Shown in pieces: positions 1-13,563 of a stretch of DNA of 64,000 nucleotides. Position numbers and translations under genes: made by a program. The notes beneath the pieces are model-generated. The model was not told where the DNA came from, did no database searches, and saw only the letters and a list, made by a program, of their open reading frames with translations. This DNA comes from Phoronis australis (lineage: Eukaryota > Animalia > Phoronida), in assembly GCA_002633005.1 (NCBI GenBank), contig NMRA01000116.1, forward strand, positions 720,764 through 784,763, written 5' to 3'. The stretch's first letter is position 1; the number at the start of each line of letters is the position of its first letter.

Positions 1-1510
1 AAATTGTGAGTCCTAACTGTTAAAATTTAATTATTAATAACTTTTTGTTACACAATCCTATTTGCTTTTCATCATATTCAGGTGAAATCAGCAGCCAAAT
101 TATCAATACATGCCAGCAGCAGACGAAATCGATGCTTGGGAACAACTAATAATATCTCCAATAGCAGAGCAAAAAGCCACTTCCTGCCCAATTTTATTAA
201 GGGTTTGTGTAATGAATAAGCCATTAAATCCGCCAGAATAACATATTTTTCTAACAAATATTATTTTTGATACCTCAAATGAATATATTTTACAGAAAAA
301 TAATTGAGTTTGTGAAATGTATTATAAAAATTTAACTAAAGCCTTTTCTGAACAACACACCAATTTTTATGTTATATAATCTAAAATCTGATTAAAATTC
401 CACATTTAGTATGTAAATCTTGAAAACAAATTGTAGAAACAATCAACTCATTAACCCTGACTGCAGATTGTAAAATGTATTTGTGTAAATGCGTATCAGG
501 TTACAAACAAAGTTTGCAATACGTAAATGCGGTAAATTGGGATTTGTGAATTGGCTGCCATTTTAGCGGCCATTTTGTCAGCCATCTTGATTTTTTTCTC
601 GGAAACCAGTGACCAATTGTAAGGTCCAGATATTTTCAATTGTCTAACTTACAAAGGAATAAAACTTTGCCATTTTCAGGGCAAAATATAAAAAGAAATC
701 TTGCAACATGTACCAAATTGCCGTTTCGGCCGCCATTTTGTCGGCCATATTGGTTTTATTTTACGGAAAATTGGCATCTTTTGATTGGTATGCCTGTTAT
801 GAAAAGTAAGTAATCAATGACAAACTTTATTGTTTTATTTTTAGCTGTTACATAAGAGTAATATGCCAGAAAACAGTAAACACCGGTTTTGTCGGACATT
901 TTTTCCGCCGTCTTGAAAAACCGACTTCCGCCACTCCGATTTCGGTAGATTTTTTGACACCAGGGATGTTTGAAGATGCCATTTATGCAAAAAAATTGTT
1001 GCGAGTTTTTTCTAGGTTGGGCCCTCTGGAGCCCTAGAATGACTGGAGTATAATGCAAATTAAAAAACAGCGAACTGGAGTGGTGAGAATACCAGAATCT
1101 CCGGTAGGAGTCGCTGCACTTCCTGCCGCACGTGCTGTTAAAGTCGTCTGCCCCGCGTATTAAGTGAGACGTGGGGTAGGTCGTGGCACTGTAGTAATCG
1201 ATAAATTCAGTTTATGATGGAACTACAACTTCAGTGGGCGACATCACGCCTTTCCTGTTCTACAACTCCAGCTTCTCTCTCTTTTTAGCTCGCTGTCGCT
1301 AATGTCTCGAGGTGGTTAGCCCTGTCACGAAAAAATCTTTTTTTTCAACAACAACATGAGCTTGATCAGCCATTTTATTGCTAGGGACTCAACTTAGGGA
1401 CTTACATGTACTTTAGGTAACCGCAAAAGTTGAGTCCCTATTTAATGCCTAAACTAACAGAACTTTTCATGCAAAAGTCCATAAAATTTAGGGACGTCCC
1501 TAAGACTTAA

Positions 1511-1905
1511 AGTCCTGGTCACCAACGTTGTTAACCCTTATTACATGGTTAGAGGATGTTATAAGGATCTAGGAAGTACTTACCCTATAACTAATACATG
1601 ATCCGTACTCGAAAAAGTTTAAATGAACGCGCCACTCACGATTCGCACCCGAAAAACCACCGCCATTTTGAACTTACCGCGAACCCGGAAGTACAATTCA
1701 TTCAGGAACCCAGGCTAAGAAAACGCCGTCAGTGCGACTGGAGCAGTGCCTGTTACCAGCCTGCAAACGGGGATAAAATAATCGACAGCGCGCCTTAATT
1801 TTAATAAAATCAAAATACGGACACTTTTATCGAATTTGCTGAGGAAATGTGGCGAATAAATTTTGGCAGAAATTATTTTGCCGGACTCGGGACCGCAGCC
1901 TATCG
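1511..1905. mobile_element. Second copy (left end) of the same TTAA/AG-ended element
   Basis: TTAA at 1507-1510 followed by AGTCCTGGT; 1511-1815 closely matches 47957-48266. Right end not found. Confidence 0.8.
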
Positions 1906-2147
1906 GACCAGTGGCGGATCTAGGATATCACAAGGGGGGCAACATTTTGTCCGGCTGAAAGCATTTGCGCAAACCACGATTGTAAATGCGCATAGCACCG
2001 AATGGGGGGAGGTCGGGAGGTGGGCAAGCCTAGAAAATTTTTGTTTTTTCCCCTAAAAATCAAGCATTGTCCTTGATTCCTGAAGAATTATTCAAGAAAA
2101 AAGACAAAAGAAAACACGGAGAACGTGTCAATCAGGAAAAAGTGCAA

Positions 2148-2213
2148 GTACCACAGACTCGAACTCACGACCTGGCGGATAGAGCGCGCGTGCCTTACCA
2201 CTACACCACCACG
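2148..2213 (-). other. tRNA-like / SINE head fragment
   Basis: Minus strand TGGTGTAGTGGTAAG and GAGTTCGAGTC boxes; the acceptor stem does not pair. Confidence 0.5.
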
Positions 2214-5200
2214 ATTTAACTACTACTCTTAAATGTATATCAAGAGACCTACTTATTAATGTTCGACAGCGTTTCCGCGCGAAACCTACTTCTTTTCGTA
2301 ATGTTTATTACACGTTTTATATTTTGTGCAGTCGGTTCTTAACAACTTTGTTGTATTTAAAATAGTCTTCAAATGCCCAAAAGACCAAATCCGTTTTTCG
2401 TGTTGGCAATAATGACGGGATTGCTTTGGAAATCGTCTTAATTAAGGTTTGACAAGAGAGAATTATGAGTTTCTGAGTGATTCAGTAAGGCTTCGATTAA
2501 AATTCACATGTTACCAGCGGCTTCTGTTTTTTCATCGTTACTCAGGTTCCATTTTCTTTAAAAAATGAAGTAAATTTTCTTCATTGCACAGTGGAGCAGA
2601 CGACGGAAACGGAGTCGTAGTGCGCAGCGCCACTGCCGGTCGCCTTGGATGTCGCGGGAGAGCCTAAACTTAGCCATAGTTCCGTTACGAATGCGCCGTG
2701 TTCCGAATTTAACACTTGAAATTGGATCTGAGCCCACCCCAAACACTGAAACTGCACACATTTAAATCTTATTTCATCTGCATAATTTTAATTACCGGGG
2801 TTAATTAATAAACTCAACATTTCCCTACGGTCTTGCTGTTTTATTTTTTTCGGCAGCCAAGGGGGGGGGTGTTCAAATCATAAATGCCATATACATTCAA
2901 AGGTAGTTTCAGACACTTGCATAAAATTACGGGCTGGTTAGTCCTGTGTCACACTGCCGCGGCAGCCCTTAGCTAGCCTCAGTTCCAGCTACCAGTATGA
3001 AGACTACAGCTTGTTATTAGGCCTGTACAGCTTTACGCCAAGACTACCCTTAGGCCTACCTGGTCACTGGCCACAGCGCTCGCTCAAACGAGGTTTATTT
3101 AGAACTTGGGTACTTCTGGCGAACTGTGCAAAGTTGTTGGCTTTCAACAGAGATTTTCCCAGACTTTGTATGAGCGCACCAATTAAGCCTCAAATTGGGG
3201 GGCTGGAATTTTTGGGAATGTCAATCTTTTACTAATAAGATTCATTGGGTATGTTCAGAGTTATGTATTGTCGCAAAATTTTGTACTTCCTGTCTTTTAA
3301 TGGAATATTGTCTCGTTTTCTACTTTTTTCGGAGTTCGTGCTTCTCTGACTGAGGCATACCTTTCTACATTTCTCCAAATAGGGACTCGTTCGCCGGAGC
3401 ACATAAGTATGACAAGTCCAATTCAAAATATTATCATTTTTATTCATTAAGCCAAAATGATTCAACCTTTGAACATAATAAGTAACTTAAAATGCACAAT
3501 ACTTTACAACATTTAGCATTACAAACACTATTCAACACCAAAAGTTTCCATGATATGAAAGTGGACATACATGTAACTATTACCATTGTGACCGAATAGT
3601 CTTTCCTTACACCAGAATTTGACAAGCATGATTAAAAAAATATGAAGTTGCAAGGAATAAGAAGTGGAGGCTTGCAGCTTCACAATACAACATAGCTTAT
3701 TTATCAAATTAAGATTATTCATATTGTTGACTTGACAACCTGAATTAAGAAGCAATAAGTTACAAAACATGACTTGAAAGTAATTGAGACTTAAAATTTA
3801 CAAAAATATGAATCATTTTGTGACACCTAATCAAGCCTTGAACAGCAGTTGACAGTCAAACAAAAAACCATTTCGAAATCATTTCAACTATTTTTTAGCT
3901 TAGTGTAAGATCACCTGAATGGGAAATTCACAGTAAAATAATTCGAATATATCTTATATTTTTGCACAAAAAGCACGAAAATTGAACGAAGTTCCTTTTT
4001 TGTAGCAACGTTTGTCAAAATGTATCAACGTTAAATCTTCACAAATCCCAAAGTAACAGGTTGAACATGCCTTCCAGTTCAGCAAAAGTCGCCACGTTGT
4101 CGGTGCCGCCAGAAATGAGACGAAATTCAACGGGAATTGTGAGCACATTTAACGTTGTGAACGGATTAACAGACTGCGTTCGAATCCATTACGACATTGG
4201 TTAATTTCAACACCTCCGTTTGCCGTCAGGTGTCACGTAAAACAGCTGAACTTGCTCTTATCGAGTGCAACTACTCGATCTAAATTGATACAAAATAGAT
4301 TGTTTTTTTGGGTGGCATTCTCCTTTAATCTATCACAACTAGTACATGTGCGCCCTCTAGTAATGTAAAGATTCTCGAATAGCCCCATTATATCTCTGTA
4401 TTTAATTGCCTTGACTTTACGAAACTTGATCGAACATTTTGATACATTACTGAAGCCACCCCTAGAGCGCGTGTTACAGCAAATCTGAACGATGTTTAGT
4501 TTTGAAGATATATTCTGAAAATGCATAAAAAAGTGGATTAGTGAAATATGCTGTTTTAAGATACATTTATGAAAAGAAGCGATACTCCCACTGTTAATTG
4601 ACATATTGTGAATAGCAACACGTCCGGGTATTCGTTTGACGTTCGTAAACAGGCAAACGCTGGAAACTTCAACGCTAGATGTCGCGGGACCGCTCAGAAG
4701 CGAAAACTGAATAGGATCGTTCACGACTTTAGGGCACTCACGACTTTAGGACCTCCGACTGTTCCGAGTATCTATGGTCTAACGCAGCTCATCACACAGT
4801 GTTACTTAGCTGTTTTTGCGATAGTCTTCAAACCGCTAGCTGGATGGCTACAAGATCTGCAGTGCGCACTTCGATGTTTCGTATTACTGTTCCGGCCCGG
4901 CGTATCGGGAATCCGGCCAAAATCCGGAATATTTTGATTTGGGCCGTTCCCGTAACAGAATTCTGATAGGCCTACGGGCGGCCCATATCAGAATATATTT
5001 TTTGATTTAATTAAAAACGTTAAATTGAATACAAATCCTTATAACTCGGTATGTTTTCATGCAGTCGAGACTTTATTTTATAGTTTTAACATATTACAGA
5101 TACCAACAAGCTGTGTTGCTATTAAATTTTCGATCTTTGTGCAAGTGAAGTTGACCGAGTCTATATTCAGGTTGCAGGATTTCAAGGCGCATTATTTTGA

Positions 5201-8127
5201 AAATTAAGTTTATAATATAAAATAATATTCCATGAATTTGGATATAATTGCTTTATACGAAAAGACCAAGCTAATATGTGTTGTAACTTTTCCACGTATT
5301 TTGCACCAAATTAAACGCGTTTTTTTCGCAGGAAAAAGTCTCCAAAATGGTGCCATTATCGACAAAATACTATCTAAAAGGTGCCTTTTCTAATTTTCTG
5401 GAACAGAACTGTGGGAAAATTTGAATTTTTCCACAAAATTGATCTCTGAATGTGTCAATTTTTTGTCCGAGCCCACTCCTTAAACGGGTAAGTATCCAAA
5501 ATTTTCGGGCGGCTCCCCTCGTCCAAAAATACTCTAGTACCCCCGGCCGTGTCAGAAACCACTCATTCGTGATTTTGGTCATTTTCTTTGTAATATGACG
5601 TTGGTTTCGTAAAATGGAACAATGGTACATTTCTCTCATGTGCATTCGACGTAAAATGTAACAACTACTTAAAATGTAAAAACTTGCTACAGTTTAGGAT
5701 AGGCTTAGCAAGGTAAAATGTAACAATGAAGTAGAATGTAACAGTTGTTACATTTTACGACAGTGTTACATTTACGGCGTAACATGGCTTGTTGTGTAGC
5801 AGCAAACGAAGTGGTGGGTTATTACATTTCAAACACATCTGTTCATACATTAGTAAACAGCAAATGGATAACTACAATGATTTTATTCGATTCCAATGAT
5901 TTGTCCGATTTTTCTATGAAAACAAATTCGTGATCAACCTAGAAACTCACTCTTTCAGGGATTTCAGATTGTCCATTCGAAATGCCGAGCACACTGCACG
6001 GGTTATGTCTTTACATGCCCTACAGGAAACATCAATATTAAGATTATCTCGAGCTTTATTTAATGGCCTCCAACCTAACTCGTATATTGAAAAGAACCAG
6101 GTTTTGTCAACTAGTAAAAGTATATATATTCTGAAAAAAAAAGTCCAGGATTTATAAAAATATGTTTTGTATTCATCTGGCATTATTATGACATTAACAC
6201 CTTTTAAAGTAATTTTTCATTTTTAAGAAAAGTACATTCATAGGAAAATAACGTCTCTGTGGATTTTAATGAAACCTTTTTAAATGAAAACTTCACCAGT
6301 TACCTCAAAAGCGCTGTTAGGAATGTTTTGTTAGTCTTTTAGTTTTGTTGACAAATCAACTCGCAAAACGTAAGGTATTGTTGTAAAAATAGCAGTCGTA
6401 TTCGTCGTTGTCACATTATCCAAACCTAGGCCCTTATATCGAAAATCAGAAAAGCATTTTTGAGATTGATGAATTAATATTAAGTTTGGAAAGTTTCAGC
6501 GAAATCCACCTGGCTGTTTTCCAGAACTCGTGTTCCTAAGTTCAAATAAGTCAATTTGCGGAAGCCGTGAAAAGGTCGATTAAGTTGGGTTGCGTGAAAA
6601 TCTCAAGGTCTTCAGTTAATTATTTTTTAAAACATGTTGTCGGTCAATATAACCTGTACATTCCTGTAACCAGGTTCGCTAATTCAACATTTACTCGAAA
6701 TGCCAACTGAATTTCCCCTGCGTAATTAACTTGATTATCACTAAAACGTTACCGTCTCCAGTCCCAAAAGCGAAATCAACTGTTGACCTACTTTGTTGAC
6801 CTACTTAAGAGTCAACAGTTCATTGTTACACACACCACACGCAGGAAGACTAGTGATATGAAACCAAGTGCGAAATGGATAACAGAAATCGAGACGGTGG
6901 TTAAAGCACGTCGTGAGCATGAAATCGGAACAGCGAAATGTCAAGTTACCTATCAAGCTCTTGGGTTATCTGCAGCTATGAATGTGGCTTTACTTAAAGA
7001 AGTTCTTGCGTGCAATCCATACATAGGACAGGCAACTGAGAAATGATTGTGACGTTTAAGGATATTTCAAACCATATTCACAAAAATTGGCCATATTTCA
7101 AATATGTCTAGCGAAACATTTGTCTTCATCCTCCTGAGGGAGTTGTGCGTCGGCATGCATACGACCGTAGAGAACTAAAATGGATTTTTTACTGATATGA
7201 TTTGTGTTGCTAAATGTTTAACATGCTTAATTTACATGATAGAACGTTATCCCGGGGGAATGTTCCAAGAAACTGGCTTAAGTTCATTTTTGACTTAAGT
7301 TTAACATTTGTCTTGGATCGGGCCCCAGGTCTATAAGTTGGCCGATCACGGCGTGCTATTGTGTGAGCAGAACTTGGTCTCAACGAATAACGAACTGCAT
7401 CAGTTCAATATTTGCTTACCTCAAAAACAGTTGTCATCTGAGTAACAACCAAGTTGAGACCAATTACATAGCTGAAAGTGGTCGAAATTAGAAGTTTGCT
7501 TCATGGGAAGAGCGTGGGTTTATGTATGCTTTGATGAATGGAGATTAGGTATATTAATATTGGGACTTGTAATGACACTTCACTCAATATTTGTACGTCG
7601 AGCAAATCAAGTCATTTGATATTGAAAAGTACACGTGGCTTGTGAAAAATAAATTCGTGAACGGAAAGGCTTATTCCTCTAAGTACAATAAAATATATAT
7701 TTGGAGTTTGAGAATGAGATCTGAGATTAGAGCCTGGGTGAAAGTGAGTTGGTCAGTTTTTACGAAAAACGCCGCAAATCTGGATTTCGCCACAAAATTA
7801 CAAACATAATTTCTTTTCAGGTATATCACTTTAGTTTGTTGCTGCAACTTTGAGTAAAGAGAATCAACCAAGGACAGTCATGGGCGCAGATGCAAAATTT
7901 GTCTTTCTAGTAATATCGGTTTCCGTCGCAATAACTACGATGTACATCATCATACGAAGTAACCAACTGGGAACTGTTAAAAGTAAGTTTAACATACATT
8001 TATGATTAGAAGCTGAGGAATCTGCTCTGCATATAGTTCACAATAATAAGAATACAACGAAGCTAATGGGCCCTGGCGAAAAAATATAGACATCTGGTTT
8101 AAAAGTAATGTATTATACCAAAAAACA

Positions 8128-8780
8128 ATGTTTTTGTACGCCCACATGTTACATATTGGCTCATTATGCCGCATCTCTGTCTGTCCATCCGTCCCGCGTC
8201 CGCTGCTGTATCTACAAAACTCCTTAATGTGTATTCATGAAATTTTGGGATGGCATAAGCAAACTTTGGGACGGATCCGACAACCGGTTTGCCCCTAGTG
8301 ACAATTTTATTTTTTTAAGTTTGCCTCTTTATCTTCGGAGTTCCTTTACGGATTTTCATGATATTAGTCAAATAGGAAGATGCCACCGTCACGTTTTAAA
8401 ATTGATTCGACATAATTTGTGCCAAGTAGCGGCCATTTTTGCTATTCTTTACCGCCCCTGTATAGGTCAAAACACCGTTAGAATGATTATGAAAATTGAA
8501 ATGCATATATGTTGCTACTGGAAGGAGGACGACTGACGATGTTTTTTGGAAGGCTCTAACTACAGTAGCTCCTCCTACTGGCATTTTCACTCCATGGCTA
8601 TATCTCTTAAACATTCTGCAAGATCTTTGTTAAATTTGCTGAGTGTGTTTACATGAAGGTGACAACGGGTGACGACGACTTTTGGATGGATCCGACTATC
8701 GCTGTGCCCCCACCGTCAGTTCTACATTTTTACGGTCGTGGCAGGTGTGTTCCTATTGAGGGGAGCATTGCTGGCTTGCT
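8128..8780 (+). mobile_element. Helentron-associated non-autonomous element (HINE/DINE-1-like); relatives near 61260-61575 (+) and 40110-40708 (-)
   Basis: Shared head TTT(G/A)T(A/G)CGCCCACA followed by a short inverted repeat and GTCY-like repeats, then degenerate internal tandem units. Confidence 0.5.
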
Positions 8781-8959
8781 ATGAAACACCTACTGATTAC
8801 TTTAGGTTTACTAGCTTTGTTAAATTTAGTTGGAGTATTTACAACTACAACAGACAAAACTCAGGGCCATTGGCGCACAGTTCAGCATAGCTACAAACGG
8901 TTTAATCTTACCATCAAGTACTCATAATTTCGCTCCTATTTACCAGTCCTTTTTGACTG

Positions 8960-9330
8960 AAGGATGCTGTATTTTTTGAAACATACATAGAATCTGAACC
9001 TAAGAGTGTCTTGATGTTTCTTTATCTAACAATGCATTATGGTAATAGATATTTCCGTAGGTATGCAAGGACAGGACAATCAAATAAAATTGTATCTCTG
9101 TTTCAATTTCATCTGTGTTACAAACTTTACAAATTCTTTCTGGTCGTGATACATTGTTTATTCTACCCAACTCAATCATGAGATGATGCGTCGAACACCT
9201 CAATTTGCTATTGCAAATACTTAATTTGAAGGGAAGCTACCATGTAAATACTTTTCACATGTTAACTGAGATTTAATTGAATGGTAAACATTACATTTAT
9301 CTGTATTTGCAAGTGAAGACGATCAATTGA
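8960..9330 (-). mobile_element. LINE ORF2 C-terminal fragment (L2/Crack/CR1-group-like)
   Basis: KLRCSTHHLMIELGR...RICKVC...IETEIQFY resembles the post-RT Cys/His tail of these LINEs; the frame is degraded. Confidence 0.7.
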
Positions 9331-10976
9331 AAATTCATGTCCATAAATCTTTGTTAAAAGATATTAAAAAAATCCGTCATTAAAATACAAAAGATATTAC
9401 AACAACGCATGGACAGCTACAGAGGTCAACAAAAATACAAATTGGGGGAAACTGGTTCACCCCCGCCTATCCGCGATCGAGAACGCTCGAAAGGCGATCC
9501 AGAACGATATTTGGCGCAAGAAGCGAAGTCAGGTAAGGTGAGTAAATTTGATGAATTTTCGTTGTTTTTACTTCCAATGTGAAAACAGTGACATGAGTTC
9601 AAGGCGTACCACATTGAGAAAGGGCAGGTAGAGGTTTAGGCTAGTGTCTCTTCCAATTATAGGAGAAAAGTTACGTTGACCGCGGCATCGCATGAGCCGA
9701 AGGTGATTTGCATATCATTTTGGCAAATTGCCGATATTTGTGGCTTTAAATCAGTAAATTGACCATAGAGTTATGAAGAAATGATGTGTGAAAATATAAC
9801 GCAACGCTTGTTTTTTGTAGTTTTGTCAGGATATCTGATTTTTCGACGCTTTTCTGTTGAAAGATGCGATCGAGAACGTAACGATAAGCGATCGGGAAGG
9901 CAAATTTGTTTTGCATCGTGGTGTGTCTAACAGTAATGAACTTTTCACTTATAAAACGTAAAAAAGGTTACAAAATAAGCGTGGTGCAATGAATTAATCA
10001 CATTTTGCGTCATTACTGTGTTACTTTCGTATCAAAACTGAACAACAACATAGCACATTTCCATGCCTTGAGCACTGAATGTACATCACGCATAATTTTA
10101 GTTTCACAAACGAATTTATTTTCATTTCAGGAAACGAGTTCACTTTATTGTGAGACGAGCTTCAACGAACATGTTACCCACGACGTAAAGGTACACCCTA
10201 CCAGGGTTTTAAAATACAGACATCTACTTTTTGACGAAACCACTGAGAACAAGGGGTTCAAAACTGAAGACTGACCCAGGAGTTGTTCCATGTGGCCTGT
10301 CAGCCAGGGGTAAACAAATTGTTGCAGCAGATGAAAGCGAGTGTAGAATCTTCTTGTAAAATTATGACAGCAAAAGGAAAAAAACAAATAGCCAGTGAAG
10401 TCTAAGAATGATGTTGAGCTTGCCCATGGGGAGTGCGGCAACACTTAACGAGATGATTCAACGATTCCACTCATAAACGTCTGGGATCTAAAAATTGGCC
10501 AGAAGTTGTGTAAACTGATGTGCTGATAAAACTGGTGGGATTTTACTTGATGCTTTACTGATAACATCGATACACAGATGAACAGATTGACTTGTGGCAC
10601 CCGTGTGGCTTGAATGTACGTTGTGTTTGACTCTTCTGTTTTATAGTCTTGGTCCTAAGTTCATCTGCATCATCAATTCATAATCTTCAGTTTAATGTGA
10701 CATTGAAAAAGATTGAGACGGTTATAGTACACGTACTATGTTGTGATTTTCTTAAAACGTAGTCAACATGTTGTCATGAACGTCACTTCAACTACACACT
10801 GTAGTGATTTACACAGGAAATCAACAACAATATTGCAGTATTTCTATTATGATATTTATCTTTTATCACACATATCTCAAAATTGGTCTTACAAAAATAT
10901 ATAAAATATTGCTTTAGGGAAATCAACATTACAAATCCATTGGAACATTTCCCACGAATTACTTTTGGAATCTCGG

Positions 10977-12050
10977 TTATCTGGGTGCAGAGTCGACGTC
11001 ATAACATGTTGGGCACACCCATGTATGCTCAGTCCTCCAACTCAGAAGCTCACGCAGAACACCTTGACTAATTGTTCCAGTAAGGTGCTGATTCTGGATT
11101 TCCCTCCACATTCCTCTTATTGTAGTTTTTGATGCGGTTCCCTTGTCTACACCGAACTGTCGCAATCTTTCAACTGTTTCCCCAGTTTCCTCCTCCCTCT
11201 TCTCATCCAGAGCAGTAAGCACCTCTGCTTCACCCATCTCCAAGGGTCCACCCATATTGCCCACTCCCGCAAGTTTGTCAGCCCTTTCGCTACCGACAAC
11301 TCCTGCATGAACCGGTGAAAAAATCCAGACAAAGGATTCCAGGTAGCTTTGCCAAATGAACTGCATCCATGTGGGTTTTAGGAGGCCCTGCTGTATTTTG
11401 CGCAGCATGCTTTGTTAGTCTGTCACAATGACCGCCCCTGTGAATTGTTGCAAGCCAACTTAGTGCAGCACTGGCGGCATCTTCTTCCATGCGCATACTA
11501 AATGTTGCGTTTCTTTATGCCTGACTTTTCTCGGATATTACCCTCCAATTCACTCTTGCACAGAAGGCCCAGCTGGATCTTACCCCTCTAATAACAGAGC
11601 TGTCTGTAAAGATAACAGCGTCATCGTCCTTGGTGTTTTCCCATATCAAAGCCTCGAGTTCTACGTTGACTGCCACTGGTGCCTGCTCCCTGCATTCTCT
11701 CCCGAGGGTTATCACGGTATCGGTGTACTTTTCTCTTCTGTTGTAACACTCTCCCACTCTGTCCCCATTCTGATATTTTCTAGTTCACAAACTGTGCTTG
11801 TAGTTTCTTCAGCTGCTGCCAGCCAATAATTCCCTCTTTTGATTCTTCCACCCTTAGGTTTCCCCAGTTCCTGGTAGAGGGGGTGCCCTTTTTCACTTGC
11901 TACTTTGGACATTGCCTTTACTTGTGCCTGCCTGTGGCGCTCTGCAATGCTGGGTAATCCAATCAGGTATCTCATGGCTGCAACTGATGTGTCTTGTGCA
12001 ACCCAAGACGGTCCTCATTCCTTGGTTTTATATTTTCTCAAGCTTGCATT
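10977..12050 (-). mobile_element. 5'-truncated non-LTR retrotransposon 3' end with an RNase H domain, disabled
   Basis: AVIFTDSSV, SMRME, IVTD*QSML and WIFSPVHAGVVGSERADKLAG are LINE RNase H motifs, spread over frameshifted ORFs 11712-11975, 11515-11757 and 10977-11408. Confidence 0.88.
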
Positions 12051-12424
12051 GGAATGTATTAGACTAAATCATCACTGAATCATAGACAATGTACTTAGGA
12101 CTGATTGATAGTATAATAGGCTCTCACTTGAAATCAACAACAATGTCAAAGCAATTTCTACAATAATCAAAGACATATATTTTCTTTTAAAGTACTAATT
12201 GGTCAGAACAATTGTATGTAAGTATTGCCCAATGACACTTAGTATGGCCATTTAAATCTACCTAAACACTGCAAAAATGTACTGGTTCTGTTAAAGGTCC
12301 TTTTGAAACAACACAAATACAGAAAGAAACTAGAGGAAAAAAGGCTCAAAACAAAACGTCAAAATACTGTCACATCAGACAACTACCAACCACAAACTCT
12401 TTAAATCTGAATAGCAGTGACTTA

Positions 12425-12887
12425 CCTTCATCACTGGACTTAATGATTTCATTCATGACGTTTCTGCTTGCTATGCATGTAAAAGGAGGCATGCTGTTTG
12501 CATGGCATGCCACATTCACCACAAAAAGGAGTGTCCTCGTGCTGTGACGCAGTGTCGCATCAGGTTCACTCTTTCCGTGAAACATTGATCAAAGATAGGA
12601 CACTGAATGGACTTGGTTCCTGAGAACGATGCTTTACGTTGTGTTTTACTATATTGGTAAAAAAACTTTTGACGCATGCAGCGAATCAATCACAGGGCTG
12701 GTAAAGGTCTTGCTTGTTGTAGTGTCACTGGGTTTTATTGCCATGTGGTCAAACTAAGCTGATTTCTTAGTTCCTGAACGAGGCTTCACACACACACTCC
12801 TTTGTGACATGCAGCAGTTGTACTACTCTTTTTTGAAGACGTGGACGTTAACACACTGAAGGACTCGTCGTGTGGCTACAGTTCAAC
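12425..12887 (-). pseudogene. Decayed exon with C2H2 zinc-finger-like remnants inside the CAC-ended element
   Basis: Bounded by a TTTTTTTCAG acceptor and an AG|GTAAGT donor. Broken frames read QCPIFDQCFTERVNLMRHC and FCGECGMPCKQHASFYMHSKQKRHE. Confidence 0.5.
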
Positions 12888-13494
12888 TGAAAAAAATCAA
12901 ACCCATTCAGTTATGTTTGTTGGGCTAATCTCACTTAAAAATCATAGAAAAGCGATGAAATGTAATTAATAATCAACCTATCAACTAATTCAGGCTCCGC
13001 AATATTCTAAAAACATTGACATAATACCCTAACTTGAACGACTTTTCAGGCCAATGCAGAGAAAAAATGTGCGTTCACGATCGCTTTTTTGCGTTCCCGA
13101 TGGCCGTCTCACACAAGGACCTGCTTGTATTCTTAAATATCTCAAAATGTTTCACAACTTATAACTAACAAAGGTGTCACCAGGGACGATTAAACTATAG
13201 ACGTCACAGGTCTCTTCTTAAGAACCCTGGAATTGCTAAAAACAAGTAGAAATTGTCGGTTTTACGAAGCGTAACGCATTTTACCGAAAGCCATTGCTTT
13301 TTGAGCTTTTTATTTTGAAAAAATAAGGAAAAGCTAAGTATTATTCCAGATCCACCACAAAAGTTACACTTTGACGCTTTTCTGTGGGTAACACTTGTAC
13401 CAAAGTGGCCTCTATTTAAGCAGAAAATGACACTTAAACTTACGGCGTATGTTACTGTCGTCAAACATTTTTGGTGCAAGGTCTTGTTCTCGAT

Positions 13495-13563
13495 TAGGCA
13501 ATGATCATCGCCTCTGTTGGCCCGAACCTGGTTCGGGCCAACAGAGGCGATGGTCATTGCCTA
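13495..13563. repeat. 69-bp near-perfect palindrome (34-bp arms, 1-nt loop); mini-MITE with GGC...GCC ends
   Basis: TAGGCAATGATCATCGCCTCTGTTGGCCCGAACC-T-GGTTCGGGCCAACAGAGGCGATGGTCATTGCCTA, one mismatch. Confidence 0.9.

Noticed and set aside
2558-2761. Possible second THAP remnant (KFRLSRD...RQWRCAL)
   Set aside because: Too few diagnostic residues to support a call.
4233-4937. Overlapping 163-aa and 109-aa ORFs
   Set aside because: No recognisable motif or splice context; consistent with chance ORFs.
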